From the sequence record OZ346182.1: a stretch of 64,000 nucleotides of DNA, one strand, 5' to 3'. Under the pieces are notes generated by a model, which saw nothing but the letters and a program-made list of their open reading frames with translations, did not search any database and had not been told where the DNA came from. Below, piece after piece: positions 30,258-40,462 of the stretch. This stretch comes from a phage. Each line of letters begins with the position of its first letter. Within the stretch, counting starts at the first letter, position 1. The translations under genes were made by a program, and so were the position numbers.

Positions 30258-31150
30258 GAGAGAAAACTATGAAAACTGTTATTGAAGCCGTCATCACCGC
30301 TCAAGAGAAATTCTTCCACACAGAAAAATTTAATATCATTCAATTCCCATCTGGAGAAATTGGTGGAAACTTCTCTGAAGATTTTGTTAAGTTTACTGAG
30401 CGTAATGCCGGTAAGATTGATAATGTTATAATTACTGTACAGGGATATGACAAAGATACACTGTTTGCATTAGCTTTGGCTAAGGATGCCGTTGACAGTC
30501 TTGTTCCCCAGAAATCAGCGATGAAAACCGTTGTTTTCGGGTTCTTACCAAATGCTCGATATGACCGCCACATGTTCAAAGGTGATGCAGCAGCACTGAA
30601 AGTCTTTGCCAACCTAGTTAATGCAATGGGTTTTGATGCAGTATGTGCTCTTGACCCTCATAGTAATGTTGCAGAAAACTTATTTAAGTGCTTTCAAAGC
30701 ATGAAGCAAAAAGATGTGGCAGTACACTTTGCAAGTGACCCACGCATTGATTTCTTGGTAGCCCCAGATGCAGGTGCAGCTAAGAAGACTGAAGATACCG
30801 CTAAAGAGGTGGATAAACCGTATATCACAATGTCTAAGGTGCGCAATCTTAAGACTGGAGAAATCACTGGTATGCGAATCCTAGACGATGTTGATTTGAC
30901 CGATAAAACTGTCATGATTCTTGATGATATCTGTGATGGTGGTCGAACCTTCGTAGAGGCAGCTAAACACCTACGTGAAGCAGGTGCAAAACGTGTGGAA
31001 CTCTATGTAACTCATGGTATTTTCTCTAAAGGTGTTGAAAACTTACTTGACAACGGTATTGACCATATCTACACTACAAACACCTTAGGTGAAGCTAAAG
31101 ACCGTGGCTTAACACATTACGCCCAAGTTACTGTAGCAACCATTGATTGA
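30254..31150 (+). CDS. prs: ribose-phosphate pyrophosphokinase (PRPP synthetase)
   Basis: 298 aa; PRPP-binding motif VMILDDICDGGRT. Confidence 0.85.
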   Translation: MREKTMKTVIEAVITAQEKFFHTEKFNIIQFPSGEIGGNFSEDFVKFTERNAGKIDNVIITVQGYDKDTLFALALAKDAVDSLVPQKSAMKTVVFGFLPNARYDRHMFKGDAAALKVFANLVNAMGFDAVCALDPHSNVAENLFKCFQSMKQKDVAVHFASDPRIDFLVAPDAGAAKKTEDTAKEVDKPYITMSKVRNLKTGEITGMRILDDVDLTDKTVMILDDICDGGRTFVEAAKHLREAGAKRVELYVTHGIFSKGVENLLDNGIDHIYTTNTLGEAKDRGLTHYAQVTVATID

Positions 31151-31199
31151 AACTTTATATGGGCTTGAAAGCCCCACTTTGAGAGAGAGAGATTAAAAG

Positions 31200-32981
31200 A
31201 TGACTAAATCACTTTACGCAGTACCAGCAGGTCTTAATGCAGATGCTTACAAGGCATCACATATATATCAGTATCCAGATGCTACGCAATATCTTATGTT
31301 GAACCTGACACCACGTAGTGATAAATGGTTTAACAGCCCTTTGGCAATTGACGGTGTAGTGGCTTTTGGTATTCAACGTTTCGTTAAAGATTACTTGATA
31401 GACCACTGGAACGCCACTTTCTTTGAACGTGATAAAAAAGAAGCCATTGATGAAATCTTAGAAGTCATGAATGGTGTTCTGGGTAAAGATGCTATCGGTC
31501 GAGAGCACTGGGAAGCACTTCACGACTTAGGTTATCTACCAGTTGAAGTATACGCTGTAGAAGAAGGTACAGTTGTCCCTATGCGCGTCCCAATGATTGT
31601 CTTCCAGAACACTGTTTCAGGCTTCCATTGGGTAGCGGGGTATCTGGAAGATGCTTTCTCTGCTGAGATTTGGAAGGCTTGTACCATTGCAACTATTGCA
31701 TTGCACTACAAACGTATCTGTAAGAAGTGGGCTGACCTTACTTGTGACAACGACTTGCATTTGCCTTATCAGTGCCATGACTTTGCTATGCGTGGTATGT
31801 CCGGCTTTACTGATGACGCATTTAACGCTGTAGGCCACTTAACCAGCTTTAAAGGAACTGATAGCTTCCCTGCTGTGTATACGGCTAAACGAATCTATGG
31901 ACAGTCCTACCCAATCTCTGATATTGGTAGCTCTGTACCAGCCACTGAGCACTCTGTAATGTGTGCAAACATTGCTTGGGAAGGTGGTAATGAGTTGATT
32001 GAAGAAGAAAGACGCTTTAAAGGTGAGTTACAAACCTTCCGTCGTTTCTTAACAGAAACTTACCCAACTGGTATTGCAAGTGTTGTTTCAGACACTTATA
32101 ACTTCTGGAGAACTGTGTCAGAAATTTTACCAGCACTTCGTAAAGAAATTATGGAACGTGATGGCAAACTGGTAATTCGTCCTGACTCTGGAGACCCTGT
32201 ACATATTGTCACAGGTTATAAAGCAATCCACTTAGAATGTGCTAAAAAGGCTTATTACGAGCACCTAAGCAAGCTGGAAGCCAGTGACACAATGTTGAAT
32301 GCTGTTCTGAACATGAAGCTTGAAAATATCAACTATGGTATTGCTGGATGGCTACTGTCAGAAGGCTACGAAATGGTTGTTGACAGAGAAGACTTTGAAG
32401 TTGCTGATACAGTGATGTTGAAAAATGCTTATATGGTTGGTTCTGCAAACGTTGTAACACGTCCTGTAGCTGAGATTGATGGAGCTATTAAGACACTGTA
32501 CAACATCTTCGGAGGGACTATTAACTCTAAAGGGTTTAAGGTACTGGATGAGCACATCGGCCTTATCTATGGTGACTCTATCACGCTGGAACGTGCAAAC
32601 GAAATCCTGAAGCGTCTGTATGAAATGGGTTTTGCAAGCTCTAACGTAGTGTTTGGTGTAGGCTCTTACACTTACCAGTACATGACTCGTGACACCTTTG
32701 CATTTGCTGTCAAAGCAACTCTTGCAAGCATTGGTGGTAAAGAGATTATGCTTGCAAAAGACCCTAAAACAGATAGTGGTGTTAAGAAATCTGCCTTTGG
32801 TGGTGTAGCACCTATGTGGGATGGTGATAAGCTGAAAGCTGTAGATGGCTATGGATTCCAGAGTTTTGCAGATGTACTTGACCACCAAGCTTGTGCTTTA
32901 CGTTTAGTCTTTAGCGACTCTGAGCAGTTCGGTTATACAACTCTTGGAGATATTCGAAATAATATTGACAAGCAGCTTTAA
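31200..32981 (+). CDS. nadV: nicotinamide phosphoribosyltransferase (NadV/NAMPT-like)
   Basis: N-terminal LNADAYKASHIYQYP matches the NAMPT DSYKxTHxxQYP signature. Confidence 0.8.
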   Translation: MTKSLYAVPAGLNADAYKASHIYQYPDATQYLMLNLTPRSDKWFNSPLAIDGVVAFGIQRFVKDYLIDHWNATFFERDKKEAIDEILEVMNGVLGKDAIGREHWEALHDLGYLPVEVYAVEEGTVVPMRVPMIVFQNTVSGFHWVAGYLEDAFSAEIWKACTIATIALHYKRICKKWADLTCDNDLHLPYQCHDFAMRGMSGFTDDAFNAVGHLTSFKGTDSFPAVYTAKRIYGQSYPISDIGSSVPATEHSVMCANIAWEGGNELIEEERRFKGELQTFRRFLTETYPTGIASVVSDTYNFWRTVSEILPALRKEIMERDGKLVIRPDSGDPVHIVTGYKAIHLECAKKAYYEHLSKLEASDTMLNAVLNMKLENINYGIAGWLLSEGYEMVVDREDFEVADTVMLKNAYMVGSANVVTRPVAEIDGAIKTLYNIFGGTINSKGFKVLDEHIGLIYGDSITLERANEILKRLYEMGFASSNVVFGVGSYTYQYMTRDTFAFAVKATLASIGGKEIMLAKDPKTDSGVKKSAFGGVAPMWDGDKLKAVDGYGFQSFADVLDHQACALRLVFSDSEQFGYTTLGDIRNNIDKQL

Positions 32982-32994
32982 AAGTATATGATAA

Positions 32995-33020
32995 GAGGCT
33001 CCTACGGGAGCCTTTTTAAT
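32995..33020 (+). terminator. rho-independent terminator
   Basis: GGCTCC-TACG-GGAGCC-TTTTTAATTT. Confidence 0.6.
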
Positions 33021-33034
33021 TTCTGGAGAAGACT

Positions 33035-33370
33035 ATGAAAATCAAAGAAATGAACATCAACATTGTCTTAGAAGAACGTTGGGAGAACATCAAGAAGCCT
33101 GAAGATGGTAAAAAGTTCCTTAACAAAATTTTAGTAGCAGCTAAAGAAGAACTGACTGGCAAGATTGCAGCAGCAATCACAATAAAAATCTGTGTAAAAG
33201 GTCTTCCACAACATCACCAATTTGCACTTGACGAGTTTAAAGAAAGCTTCTACAATCCAAACAAACAGATGCTTGAAAGTAACTTTGCAGTGTCTACAAG
33301 TATCGTCCATGACAGAAGCTTTATCCTTTACAAGAATATGAGAGGTGAGTCATGCAAGCATATTGGATAG
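33035..33370 (+). CDS. hypothetical protein
   Basis: 111 aa ORF. Confidence 0.35.
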   Translation: MKIKEMNINIVLEERWENIKKPEDGKKFLNKILVAAKEELTGKIAAAITIKICVKGLPQHHQFALDEFKESFYNPNKQMLESNFAVSTSIVHDRSFILYKNMRGESCKHIG

Positions 33371-33528
33371 AAATTTTACTGTCACTTGGTAGTGTAGCAG
33401 TATTTGTTTACCTTCTTTGCAAGTACTATGCAGAGCACAAGAAGTGTGATTACTGCAACGGGGAAGGGTACACAAGAGCAGGCTGTTGCCCTATGTGTGG
33501 TGGTTCTGGTAAAATGTTTAATAAGTAA
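33352..33528 (+). CDS. small membrane-anchored zinc-finger protein (58 aa)
   Basis: Hydrophobic N-terminus then CDYCNGEG...CPMCGGSG (two CxxCxGxG repeats); not in ORF track. Confidence 0.35.
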   Translation: MQAYWIEILLSLGSVAVFVYLLCKYYAEHKKCDYCNGEGYTRAGCCPMCGGSGKMFNK

Positions 33529-33556
33529 TTTAACAGTAAACTAAGAGGAAAGTATT

Positions 33557-35923
33557 ATGCGCATGGTAAATGACCACGCAGAAGTGATTAAGAGTTCAAC
33601 TTCTTTAGAGACGTCTCAAGCACAGATTACAATGACACCTGAGATGTTCAGCCTTTTGAGTTCTGGTGTATACACCTTTAAAGAAAGGGCAGTGATTCGC
33701 GAACTGTCATGTAACGCAGTAGATGCTCAGAAAGAAGCTGGAAAAGAGAACATCCCATTCCATGTGCATTTACCTACTCGTTTTGAGCCTTACTTCGAAG
33801 TTCGTGATTTTGGAACTGGATTGACTCATGATAAAGTTATGAGTTTGTACCTAAACTATGGAGCTTCTACGAAGAATGACTCTAATGACTACATTGGTGC
33901 AATGGGTATCGGCTCAAAGTCACCATTTGCAATTGCTCAGTCATTCACAGTATCTAGCTATGTTGACGGTGTTGTTAATAAATACTCTGTTTATCTTGAG
34001 AATGGTATCCCTCAAGTAACTAAGCTGACAACTAACCCAACAAAAGAACCTAATGGTTTGGCTGTACGTGTGGCAGTTGCTGACCACCGTATCTCAAAGT
34101 TCTTTGAAGAAGCTGGAAATGTGTACTCATACTTCACTGTAAAACCAGAAAGTAATATTGAGTACGACGATGTATTAGCAGATATGAACGTCATTGCCCG
34201 TGAAGAAGGTGTTTATGATGCCATGATTCATAAGCAAAGCTGGCGTTCTAGTGGTAACAGGACAGAGTTTAATGTGGTGATGGGTAATATTGCCTATCCA
34301 GTGAACATGGAAGCATTACTTGGTGATGATTTCTTCAAAGTCTTGCCAGAGTTTTTCCGTAGGAGCGTAGACCTTGTAAACATCTACATGCCTATTGGTT
34401 CAGTTGCTATAGCAGCTTCTCGTGAAGCATTGCAGATGAATGATACGACAAAAAATGTTATCATCGAGGCTACCAAAAAGATAACTGAAGCAATTACAAA
34501 GGATGTTATCAAGAAAGTTAATAGTCAACCTACACTTATGGATGCTGCACAGGCTTATGCTGAGTTACGTTTGAACTCACGAGAGATGTTTAATGCTGTG
34601 TGTCCAAAGCTAGAGTGGGGAGGCGTTAAGCTTGATTCTCTGGAAGAAGAATTACTAAACATTCGTCGTGGAATTATCTACGCAGAAGACGGCTCAGTCA
34701 TTTATGAACGTGACGGCAAAGGTAATATTAAGGTTGATAGGAATGGGAACAATATCCCTAAAGTAGATTATCTTTATGACCCAGTTGCTTATGTCAAGTT
34801 CAACTCTTTAGAGAGTAAGATTCGTGCAACATCACTTTCCTACACTCAAGAGGCAAGTATGTTCAATATCTTTGGCGCAATGCGTAAAAGCCAAATTGAA
34901 CAGTTTTTGTTTGTTATAAATGACCGTCGAAATAAAAACGGTACTGAGAAGACTGTAGGACGCAACCAAATCTTGCGTGGTGCATGTCGAGACTATGCCA
35001 GTGAATCAAGTCTGTTTCACAGATACAATGGTATTGTCTTTGTATTCTCTACAGAGAAAGAGCTAGACGACTTAATCAATCTGCACAAACTTGATAAAAG
35101 CTTGTTAAAGATTGTGAAGATGTCTGATAAGGAACATCATTATCAGCGTAAAGAAGCTGTAAGAGGCGTTGTAAAACTTTGGAAAGCTGTTCCAGCAGAA
35201 GGTGTAGCTTCCTATAAAGAGGTTTCAGAGGACTTTGATACAATTGAAGAACCTCAGCTTTACATTAAGGCAGTCGGTGACACAGTTGATGGTGAATGTT
35301 TTTGCTCATCTCCAGAAGATGTAGCTAAGTCAGTTGCTAATGTTACAGGTAAGACAGTCTATGTTTTCCGAAAAGCAAATTGGAAAAAGATACCAGAAGA
35401 CTGGATTGAAGTAGATGAGAAACTCTTGAACGACAGCTTAACTGATGTTCATTGGATTAATCATAACAGGTATATGACACGTATCTATATGAATGGTGTC
35501 CTCGACCTTACAAGCAGTTGGATTATTGCCAGAAACTTTACGTTCAATAACAGGAAGATTTCTCGTGGCTATTGTTATTCACGGGATACAAACAAAACTA
35601 TCTTCTTAGAAGGTAATGAAGATGCTGTAGAGGCAATGTTTGGTAAAATCCAATACGTTGCTGCGCCTTTTGCATACACTTACACTATTAGTGTGTTGCA
35701 AGATTTAAAAAGCTGTCTTGATAATGATACAAAGCTGTACAAGAAAATTAAGAAAGCTGGTGACCGTATGGTCATCAAGGTGACAAACTACCTTTCAAAA
35801 AGAAAACAAGAAAACTTCTTGCTTTCTCATTTAGATTGGAATAAAGTGTCACCCATCGAAGTGAGTAAGTTCTTAGGCTTTGATGTGAAGTGTGTTCCAG
35901 AAGGGACTACAATTTACGATTAA
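33557..35923 (+). CDS. rIIA-like protein
   Basis: 788 aa; N-terminal AVIRELSCNAVDAQKEAG resembles the GHKL-type ATPase motif of rIIA; followed by rIIB-like gene. Confidence 0.65.
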   Translation: MRMVNDHAEVIKSSTSLETSQAQITMTPEMFSLLSSGVYTFKERAVIRELSCNAVDAQKEAGKENIPFHVHLPTRFEPYFEVRDFGTGLTHDKVMSLYLNYGASTKNDSNDYIGAMGIGSKSPFAIAQSFTVSSYVDGVVNKYSVYLENGIPQVTKLTTNPTKEPNGLAVRVAVADHRISKFFEEAGNVYSYFTVKPESNIEYDDVLADMNVIAREEGVYDAMIHKQSWRSSGNRTEFNVVMGNIAYPVNMEALLGDDFFKVLPEFFRRSVDLVNIYMPIGSVAIAASREALQMNDTTKNVIIEATKKITEAITKDVIKKVNSQPTLMDAAQAYAELRLNSREMFNAVCPKLEWGGVKLDSLEEELLNIRRGIIYAEDGSVIYERDGKGNIKVDRNGNNIPKVDYLYDPVAYVKFNSLESKIRATSLSYTQEASMFNIFGAMRKSQIEQFLFVINDRRNKNGTEKTVGRNQILRGACRDYASESSLFHRYNGIVFVFSTEKELDDLINLHKLDKSLLKIVKMSDKEHHYQRKEAVRGVVKLWKAVPAEGVASYKEVSEDFDTIEEPQLYIKAVGDTVDGECFCSSPEDVAKSVANVTGKTVYVFRKANWKKIPEDWIEVDEKLLNDSLTDVHWINHNRYMTRIYMNGVLDLTSSWIIARNFTFNNRKISRGYCYSRDTNKTIFLEGNEDAVEAMFGKIQYVAAPFAYTYTISVLQDLKSCLDNDTKLYKKIKKAGDRMVIKVTNYLSKRKQENFLLSHLDWNKVSPIEVSKFLGFDVKCVPEGTTIYD

Positions 35924-36002
35924 AGTGTTTGACAAGGGGCTTCAAAGCCCCTTAGAATAGCCTTACAAAATGATTTATTAACTAACAAGAGAGAGTAATA
36001 AG

Positions 36003-37112
36003 ATGACTACTAAAACTAAAGCACAGATTGACGCAGAAATTTACGAACTGGTTAAAGAAGGTAAGCTGACTAAAACAGCTATTGCACAGAAGTTCAATAC
36101 TTCAACCCGTTCAGTTGGTCGTGCTGTAGAGCGTCATGAAGCAACCTTAAAAGGTAAGAAGAAGGTGACTTCTACACCAGCTAAGAAGACCCTAAAGCAA
36201 GTTGCTAAGTCAGTTAAAAAGAAAGCTGGCAAACCAGTTGAAAAGGCCGTTAAAGATGCTGTACAGAAAGCCCCAGTAAATAAACTGCATGAAGCTATGC
36301 AGAAAGATGACAAGATTGAGTACATGATTACTGGTGACTCTGTAATTATGACTTACGGTTCAGAATCTGAAATTGTTGAGTCTACTCATCCGAACTATCA
36401 AGAAATTGTAGTCCATGTTGTGAAAGGTGAGTTCAAGAAAGCATTTGAACTAATGAACATTCGTAAGTCTATCGAAAACTTCACTCAGGGTGCTATCACA
36501 ATCAAAGGCGATAAGCTCTTCTACGGTGCTGTTGAGATGCGTTCTACTCTGGTTGACCGTATTCTTCACATGATGAAGACTGGAGATAAGGGTTTTGAAC
36601 GCCTTGTGATGTTCTTCGAAAAACTGATGGAAAACCCATCTAAAGATTCTGTAGAACAACTTTGGGGATTCGTATCTCACCTTGATGTTGAAATTGATGA
36701 AGAAGGCTACATCATTGGTTGGAAGAAAGTCTCTACTCATGAAGGCAAGCTGGTTGACTCCCACACCTACAGAGTACCTAATGATTTGGGTAACATTGTA
36801 GAAATGCCACGTTGGATGGTTGATAATAACCGTAACGTGACTTGCTCTCAGGGTCTTCACGTTGGTGCTTGGGATTATGTTCGTTGCTTCTCAGGTGATA
36901 CAATCCTGAAGGTTCGTGTCCATCCACGAGATGTTGTATCTGTTCCAACTGATTACAACGATATGAAGATGCGTTCGTCTCGTTATGAAGTTGCAGCAAT
37001 CGTTGATAATCAACGTAAAGTGCTGAAAGAATGGGATGGCAAGACTGAAGCTTTGCATGTCATCGTTGGCACTGCTGGTGAACTAATCTCCCAACGTAAA
37101 CGTGAAATCTAA
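36003..37112 (+). CDS. rIIB-like protein (by position and size)
   Basis: 369 aa, Lys-rich N-terminus; immediately downstream of rIIA-like gene. Confidence 0.45.
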   Translation: MTTKTKAQIDAEIYELVKEGKLTKTAIAQKFNTSTRSVGRAVERHEATLKGKKKVTSTPAKKTLKQVAKSVKKKAGKPVEKAVKDAVQKAPVNKLHEAMQKDDKIEYMITGDSVIMTYGSESEIVESTHPNYQEIVVHVVKGEFKKAFELMNIRKSIENFTQGAITIKGDKLFYGAVEMRSTLVDRILHMMKTGDKGFERLVMFFEKLMENPSKDSVEQLWGFVSHLDVEIDEEGYIIGWKKVSTHEGKLVDSHTYRVPNDLGNIVEMPRWMVDNNRNVTCSQGLHVGAWDYVRCFSGDTILKVRVHPRDVVSVPTDYNDMKMRSSRYEVAAIVDNQRKVLKEWDGKTEALHVIVGTAGELISQRKREI

Positions 37113-37128
37113 TAAGTAATTTCTTAAA

Positions 37129-37155
37129 AGGCTGCTTCGGCGGCCTTTTTTATTT
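37129..37155 (+). terminator. rho-independent terminator
   Basis: AAAGGCTGC-TTCG-GCGGCCTTTTTT. Confidence 0.6.
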
Positions 37156-37212
37156 GTATTTTGTGCAGAGTGCTGTATAATTGTTGTCACGATAAACTAA
37201 ACAGGAGAACCA

Positions 37213-37761
37213 ATGAAGAAATTGATTCTAGGTTTGTGCTTAATGTTTACAGCACACTTATCTTATGCAGTTGACTGCCCAGAGCTATCAATTAGCCAAA
37301 AAGTAAACATGTTAAAAGCTTACCAGTATGGTGAGAATAACATGGGTAAAGGTTGGGGTATCACTCTAGCTGCTATAGCCTTACAAGAGTCAGAGTTAGG
37401 TCTGAAGGTAGAGAATAAAAAGACACATGACTATGGTATTTTCCAGAATCACTTGAAGACTGTTGTAAAGCGTAACAAAATCAGTCCTAATGTGGCTAAA
37501 AAGAAACTCTTAAAAGATTTTGATTATGCTGCGAAGGAAACGCACAAAGAACTTGAGTTTTGGACAAAGGTGCATGGTCAGCCAAAGTCAAAGAAGGCTT
37601 TACAAAAAGTTTTAGCATCTTATAATGCTGGGTATTCGTACAGAATCCCTAAAGCTAAGAAATATTCTCAAGATGTCTATAACAATATGAAAGTAATTGC
37701 TCAATGTGAATTTGCAACAAACATTTCTAAGGTAAACCATGAAAAAATTAAGAAAGTCTGA
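37213..37761 (+). CDS. secreted lytic transglycosylase-like protein
   Basis: Signal peptide MKKLILGLCLMFTAHLSYA; ALQESELG and DYGIFQNH resemble SLT-domain motifs. Confidence 0.45.
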   Translation: MKKLILGLCLMFTAHLSYAVDCPELSISQKVNMLKAYQYGENNMGKGWGITLAAIALQESELGLKVENKKTHDYGIFQNHLKTVVKRNKISPNVAKKKLLKDFDYAAKETHKELEFWTKVHGQPKSKKALQKVLASYNAGYSYRIPKAKKYSQDVYNNMKVIAQCEFATNISKVNHEKIKKV

Positions 37762-38434
37762 TGAAGTACTGTGTCATGCTTATGACTTACATCCTCATGA
37801 GTTGGGTCTTGATTCCTGTGTATGGACTCCAGAACAGTGTAGAGACTTTGAAGACACCGCAAGAGAAGTTGTATGTTCACTTGAAGAGTTCCACACATCA
37901 GAACCAATTGTGAACGTTGTGGACAAAGAGACTGGGCAATCCATAGGTGTAAAACGTGATAGCTTAGTCATAGTCAACAAAGACCTTGTAGAGAAAGGTA
38001 ATCTTATCTTAGCAGATATTGATGGAGTTCTTACAAATTTTAATCACGAAGATTGTTCAACGGAATTGACTGATGGTTCATTTTCACAGTACACTAATCT
38101 TCTTGATTCTGTAAGAGCAAAACCAACGTATGTTTTCAATATCATTGATGCAATTGCTAATCATGCTGCCGTTGGACTCTTGACAGCGAGAGGCGAATCT
38201 CAGAGAATACCCACTGAGATGTTTTTAAGGCATAACACAGAGCATAACTACATGCTTTTTATGCGTGGTTTTGGTACTAACTCTATAAGTGCAGAAAGTT
38301 TGAAAGTGAGGATGATTCAGTCTTGCATTCTGCCTTACTTTAATATAGTATGTTTTATAGAAGATACAGAGAAGAATGTGCAGAAGGTGAACAGAATCCT
38401 TCCACACATCAAAACCATGTTAGTTAAACATTGA
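37739..38434 (+). CDS. hypothetical protein
   Basis: 231 aa ORF. Confidence 0.35.
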   Translation: MKKLRKSDEVLCHAYDLHPHELGLDSCVWTPEQCRDFEDTAREVVCSLEEFHTSEPIVNVVDKETGQSIGVKRDSLVIVNKDLVEKGNLILADIDGVLTNFNHEDCSTELTDGSFSQYTNLLDSVRAKPTYVFNIIDAIANHAAVGLLTARGESQRIPTEMFLRHNTEHNYMLFMRGFGTNSISAESLKVRMIQSCILPYFNIVCFIEDTEKNVQKVNRILPHIKTMLVKH

Positions 38435-38444
38435 GAGAAAACTT

Positions 38445-38909
38445 ATGAACAATATCATTACGGTAGCACTGGACGTTACGGCAAACAAATCTGAAGTAGT
38501 TCGTAACATTATCAAGAGCAACTTTGAGGGTAAAATCTTCCGTGCTGTCAATGTAAAAGCAGACGGCAACATCCGAGAGTATCGTGCTCTTTTGAATGTT
38601 AAGAAACACGTAAAAGGTTCTGGTTCAACGACAGCACACAAAGAAAACCTGATGACCATCTATGATATGGGGATGGCTTCAGAATTAGGTGCTGAAGGTA
38701 TCGTTAAAGAAGGTGCTCCGTATCGCTCTTTCAATCTGGAAACTGCTCTCATGCTTTCCTTTACAAGTGGTTCTAAAACAACTACTTATCTCTTTACTGA
38801 TGCTGCAACGGTATCTGCTATCAAGGATAGCACTGTCAAAGCTGGGGTAGCTGCTGCTGCAAAAGCTTCTTCGATGGCTGCAAATGTCCTTGCTAAAGTC
38901 CTCGGTTAA
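38445..38909 (+). CDS. hypothetical protein
   Basis: 154 aa ORF. Confidence 0.35.
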   Translation: MNNIITVALDVTANKSEVVRNIIKSNFEGKIFRAVNVKADGNIREYRALLNVKKHVKGSGSTTAHKENLMTIYDMGMASELGAEGIVKEGAPYRSFNLETALMLSFTSGSKTTTYLFTDAATVSAIKDSTVKAGVAAAAKASSMAANVLAKVLG

Positions 38910-38920
38910 GGTTAAGATAC

Positions 38921-38946
38921 AGGCTCCTTCGGGAGCCTTTTTCATT
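38921..38946 (+). terminator. rho-independent terminator
   Basis: CAGGCTCC-TTCG-GGAGCC-TTTTTCATTT. Confidence 0.6.
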
Positions 38947-38961
38947 TCAGGAGATTGTTAA

Positions 38962-39309
38962 ATGACATTTAAAGAGTTCTGTCAAGCTACTTTCATAATT
39001 GTTTTCTTAGTTGGGGCAGGTGTCTGGGGAGGATACTCTTACAGAGACTACCAAGTTGCTGAAGCTGAGTTAAGCAATGAGAAACTAATAAGTGTTGCTA
39101 AAGATGCTTATCAGGAAGGTTTAGCCACACTCAGCACCAATTACAAAAATGATTTGAAAGATGTGCTTGCTAAGAATAAGCATACAAAAGAGGTACTAAC
39201 ATATGAAAAAACTAAGCCAGAGTTTTATAATGTTTGTGTTACTGATAATTATGTCAGGGTGTTCAACCAACAAAGTGAACAGTACATTCAAAAACTCCCA
39301 AGTAAGTGA
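38962..39309 (+). CDS. putative i-spanin-like protein (N-terminal TM)
   Basis: TM segment ATFIIVFLVGAGVWGGY; 3' end overlapped out of frame by a lipoprotein gene. Confidence 0.35.
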   Translation: MTFKEFCQATFIIVFLVGAGVWGGYSYRDYQVAEAELSNEKLISVAKDAYQEGLATLSTNYKNDLKDVLAKNKHTKEVLTYEKTKPEFYNVCVTDNYVRVFNQQSEQYIQKLPSK

Positions 39310-39472
39310 GAGTGACAAGTACACTCAAGATGAGTCAAGATTCACTGTCAAAGGTAATACCGGTAGTGATGTGGCAGCAGCCCTTGAGTTTTACCGTGAT
39401 GGATTCTACCAGTGTACAATCAAAGCTAATAACCTTATTGATATGATTTTATTAGGAAACAAACAGCAATGA
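39203..39472 (+). CDS. putative o-spanin-like lipoprotein
   Basis: MKKLSQSFIMFVLLIIMSGC signal peptide with lipobox; start embedded in preceding gene. Confidence 0.4.
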   Translation: MKKLSQSFIMFVLLIIMSGCSTNKVNSTFKNSQVSESDKYTQDESRFTVKGNTGSDVAAALEFYRDGFYQCTIKANNLIDMILLGNKQQ

Positions 39473-39738
39473 CAGAGAATGAAGATACTTTTTACGTAGA
39501 AGGTTACTTACTGTTACCACGACCAAAAGAAACTTATATGCGGGTTGATTTCTCACCAACCATTATGGATAACGTGATGTGTCATATCTTTATGCAAGGT
39601 GTCACAGCACAGCTTAAGCACGTTGATAAAGAGTGCAAAATAAAGGTTGACACTCATCCAGAAATCAAAGAGAATCACTACACATGGTTCTTACCAGACT
39701 CTAAAGAAATCTTAGCAGTTCTTAAAACGAGGAAGTAA
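39469..39738 (+). CDS. hypothetical protein
   Basis: 89 aa ORF. Confidence 0.35.
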   Translation: MTENEDTFYVEGYLLLPRPKETYMRVDFSPTIMDNVMCHIFMQGVTAQLKHVDKECKIKVDTHPEIKENHYTWFLPDSKEILAVLKTRK

Positions 39739-39740
39739 CT

Positions 39741-40067
39741 ATGCAGATTAATGGAAGAGATTTTGTAGCCGTTTACTACGAGAAAGATAAAGAGGTTGGT
39801 GTAGCACAAGTAACTTACGGCAATGGTAAGTGGCTATATGGAACAATCGCAGTAGTAGGAACAAGAAGTGATACAAAAACTTTTAAAGATTGTGTTGACC
39901 TTCTTGAAGAATCCATCCACAATCATTGGTGTCTGATATGGATGACTGACAATGAAGTGATGGAACGTTTCAAAAAGATTGATATCAACATAGACAGCAT
40001 TGAGCATGTTGACTTGTATGAACTGACTGAGAAGGTAAATTATGAAAGTAATTCTAGCCAGAGATAA
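39741..40067 (+). CDS. hypothetical protein
   Basis: 108 aa ORF. Confidence 0.35.
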   Translation: MQINGRDFVAVYYEKDKEVGVAQVTYGNGKWLYGTIAVVGTRSDTKTFKDCVDLLEESIHNHWCLIWMTDNEVMERFKKIDINIDSIEHVDLYELTEKVNYESNSSQR

Positions 40068-40269
40068 AAAGACACGGAAAATTATCCGGTCAGCAGTATT
40101 TATTGGAAGAAATGAAGTGATTCCTTTTACAGCAAATGATGTGATAGTCTACAGGAAAAAATTAGCATTCAGTTATTGCTTACGTGGCTTTATCTCCCAG
40201 CCATTAGAAGATTTTAAAAATCGTTGTGGTAAAGGCATCATCATTCAAGAGGCAATTATTCATGGCTGA
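40042..40269 (+). CDS. hypothetical protein
   Basis: 75 aa ORF. Confidence 0.3.
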   Translation: MKVILARDKKTRKIIRSAVFIGRNEVIPFTANDVIVYRKKLAFSYCLRGFISQPLEDFKNRCGKGIIIQEAIIHG

Positions 40270-40462
40270 CTTCTGTAAAGATTGTTCTATCGAAATGTTC
40301 GGACGTGATACAGGTGACTTAAAAGGTCTTATCACTGAAGATGACTTTAAAGCTGGTTATGCAATGCCAGTAATCTGTGAAGGTTGTGGGTGCATCTGGG
40401 TAGACCACGAAGGGCAGCGTGTAAAACCTTCAGAAGATAAAGAATCTTGGGAGAGATGTTAA
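40262..40462 (+). CDS. hypothetical Cys-containing protein
   Basis: ATG 40262 within ORF 40226-40462; CKDC...CEGCGC. Confidence 0.3.
   Translation: MADFCKDCSIEMFGRDTGDLKGLITEDDFKAGYAMPVICEGCGCIWVDHEGQRVKPSEDKESWERC

Noticed and set aside
30254-32981. A complete NAD+ reconstitution pathway including NMN adenylyltransferase
   Set aside because: No ORF with an NMNAT-type HxGH motif was found by eye in this window; only prs and nadV are supported.
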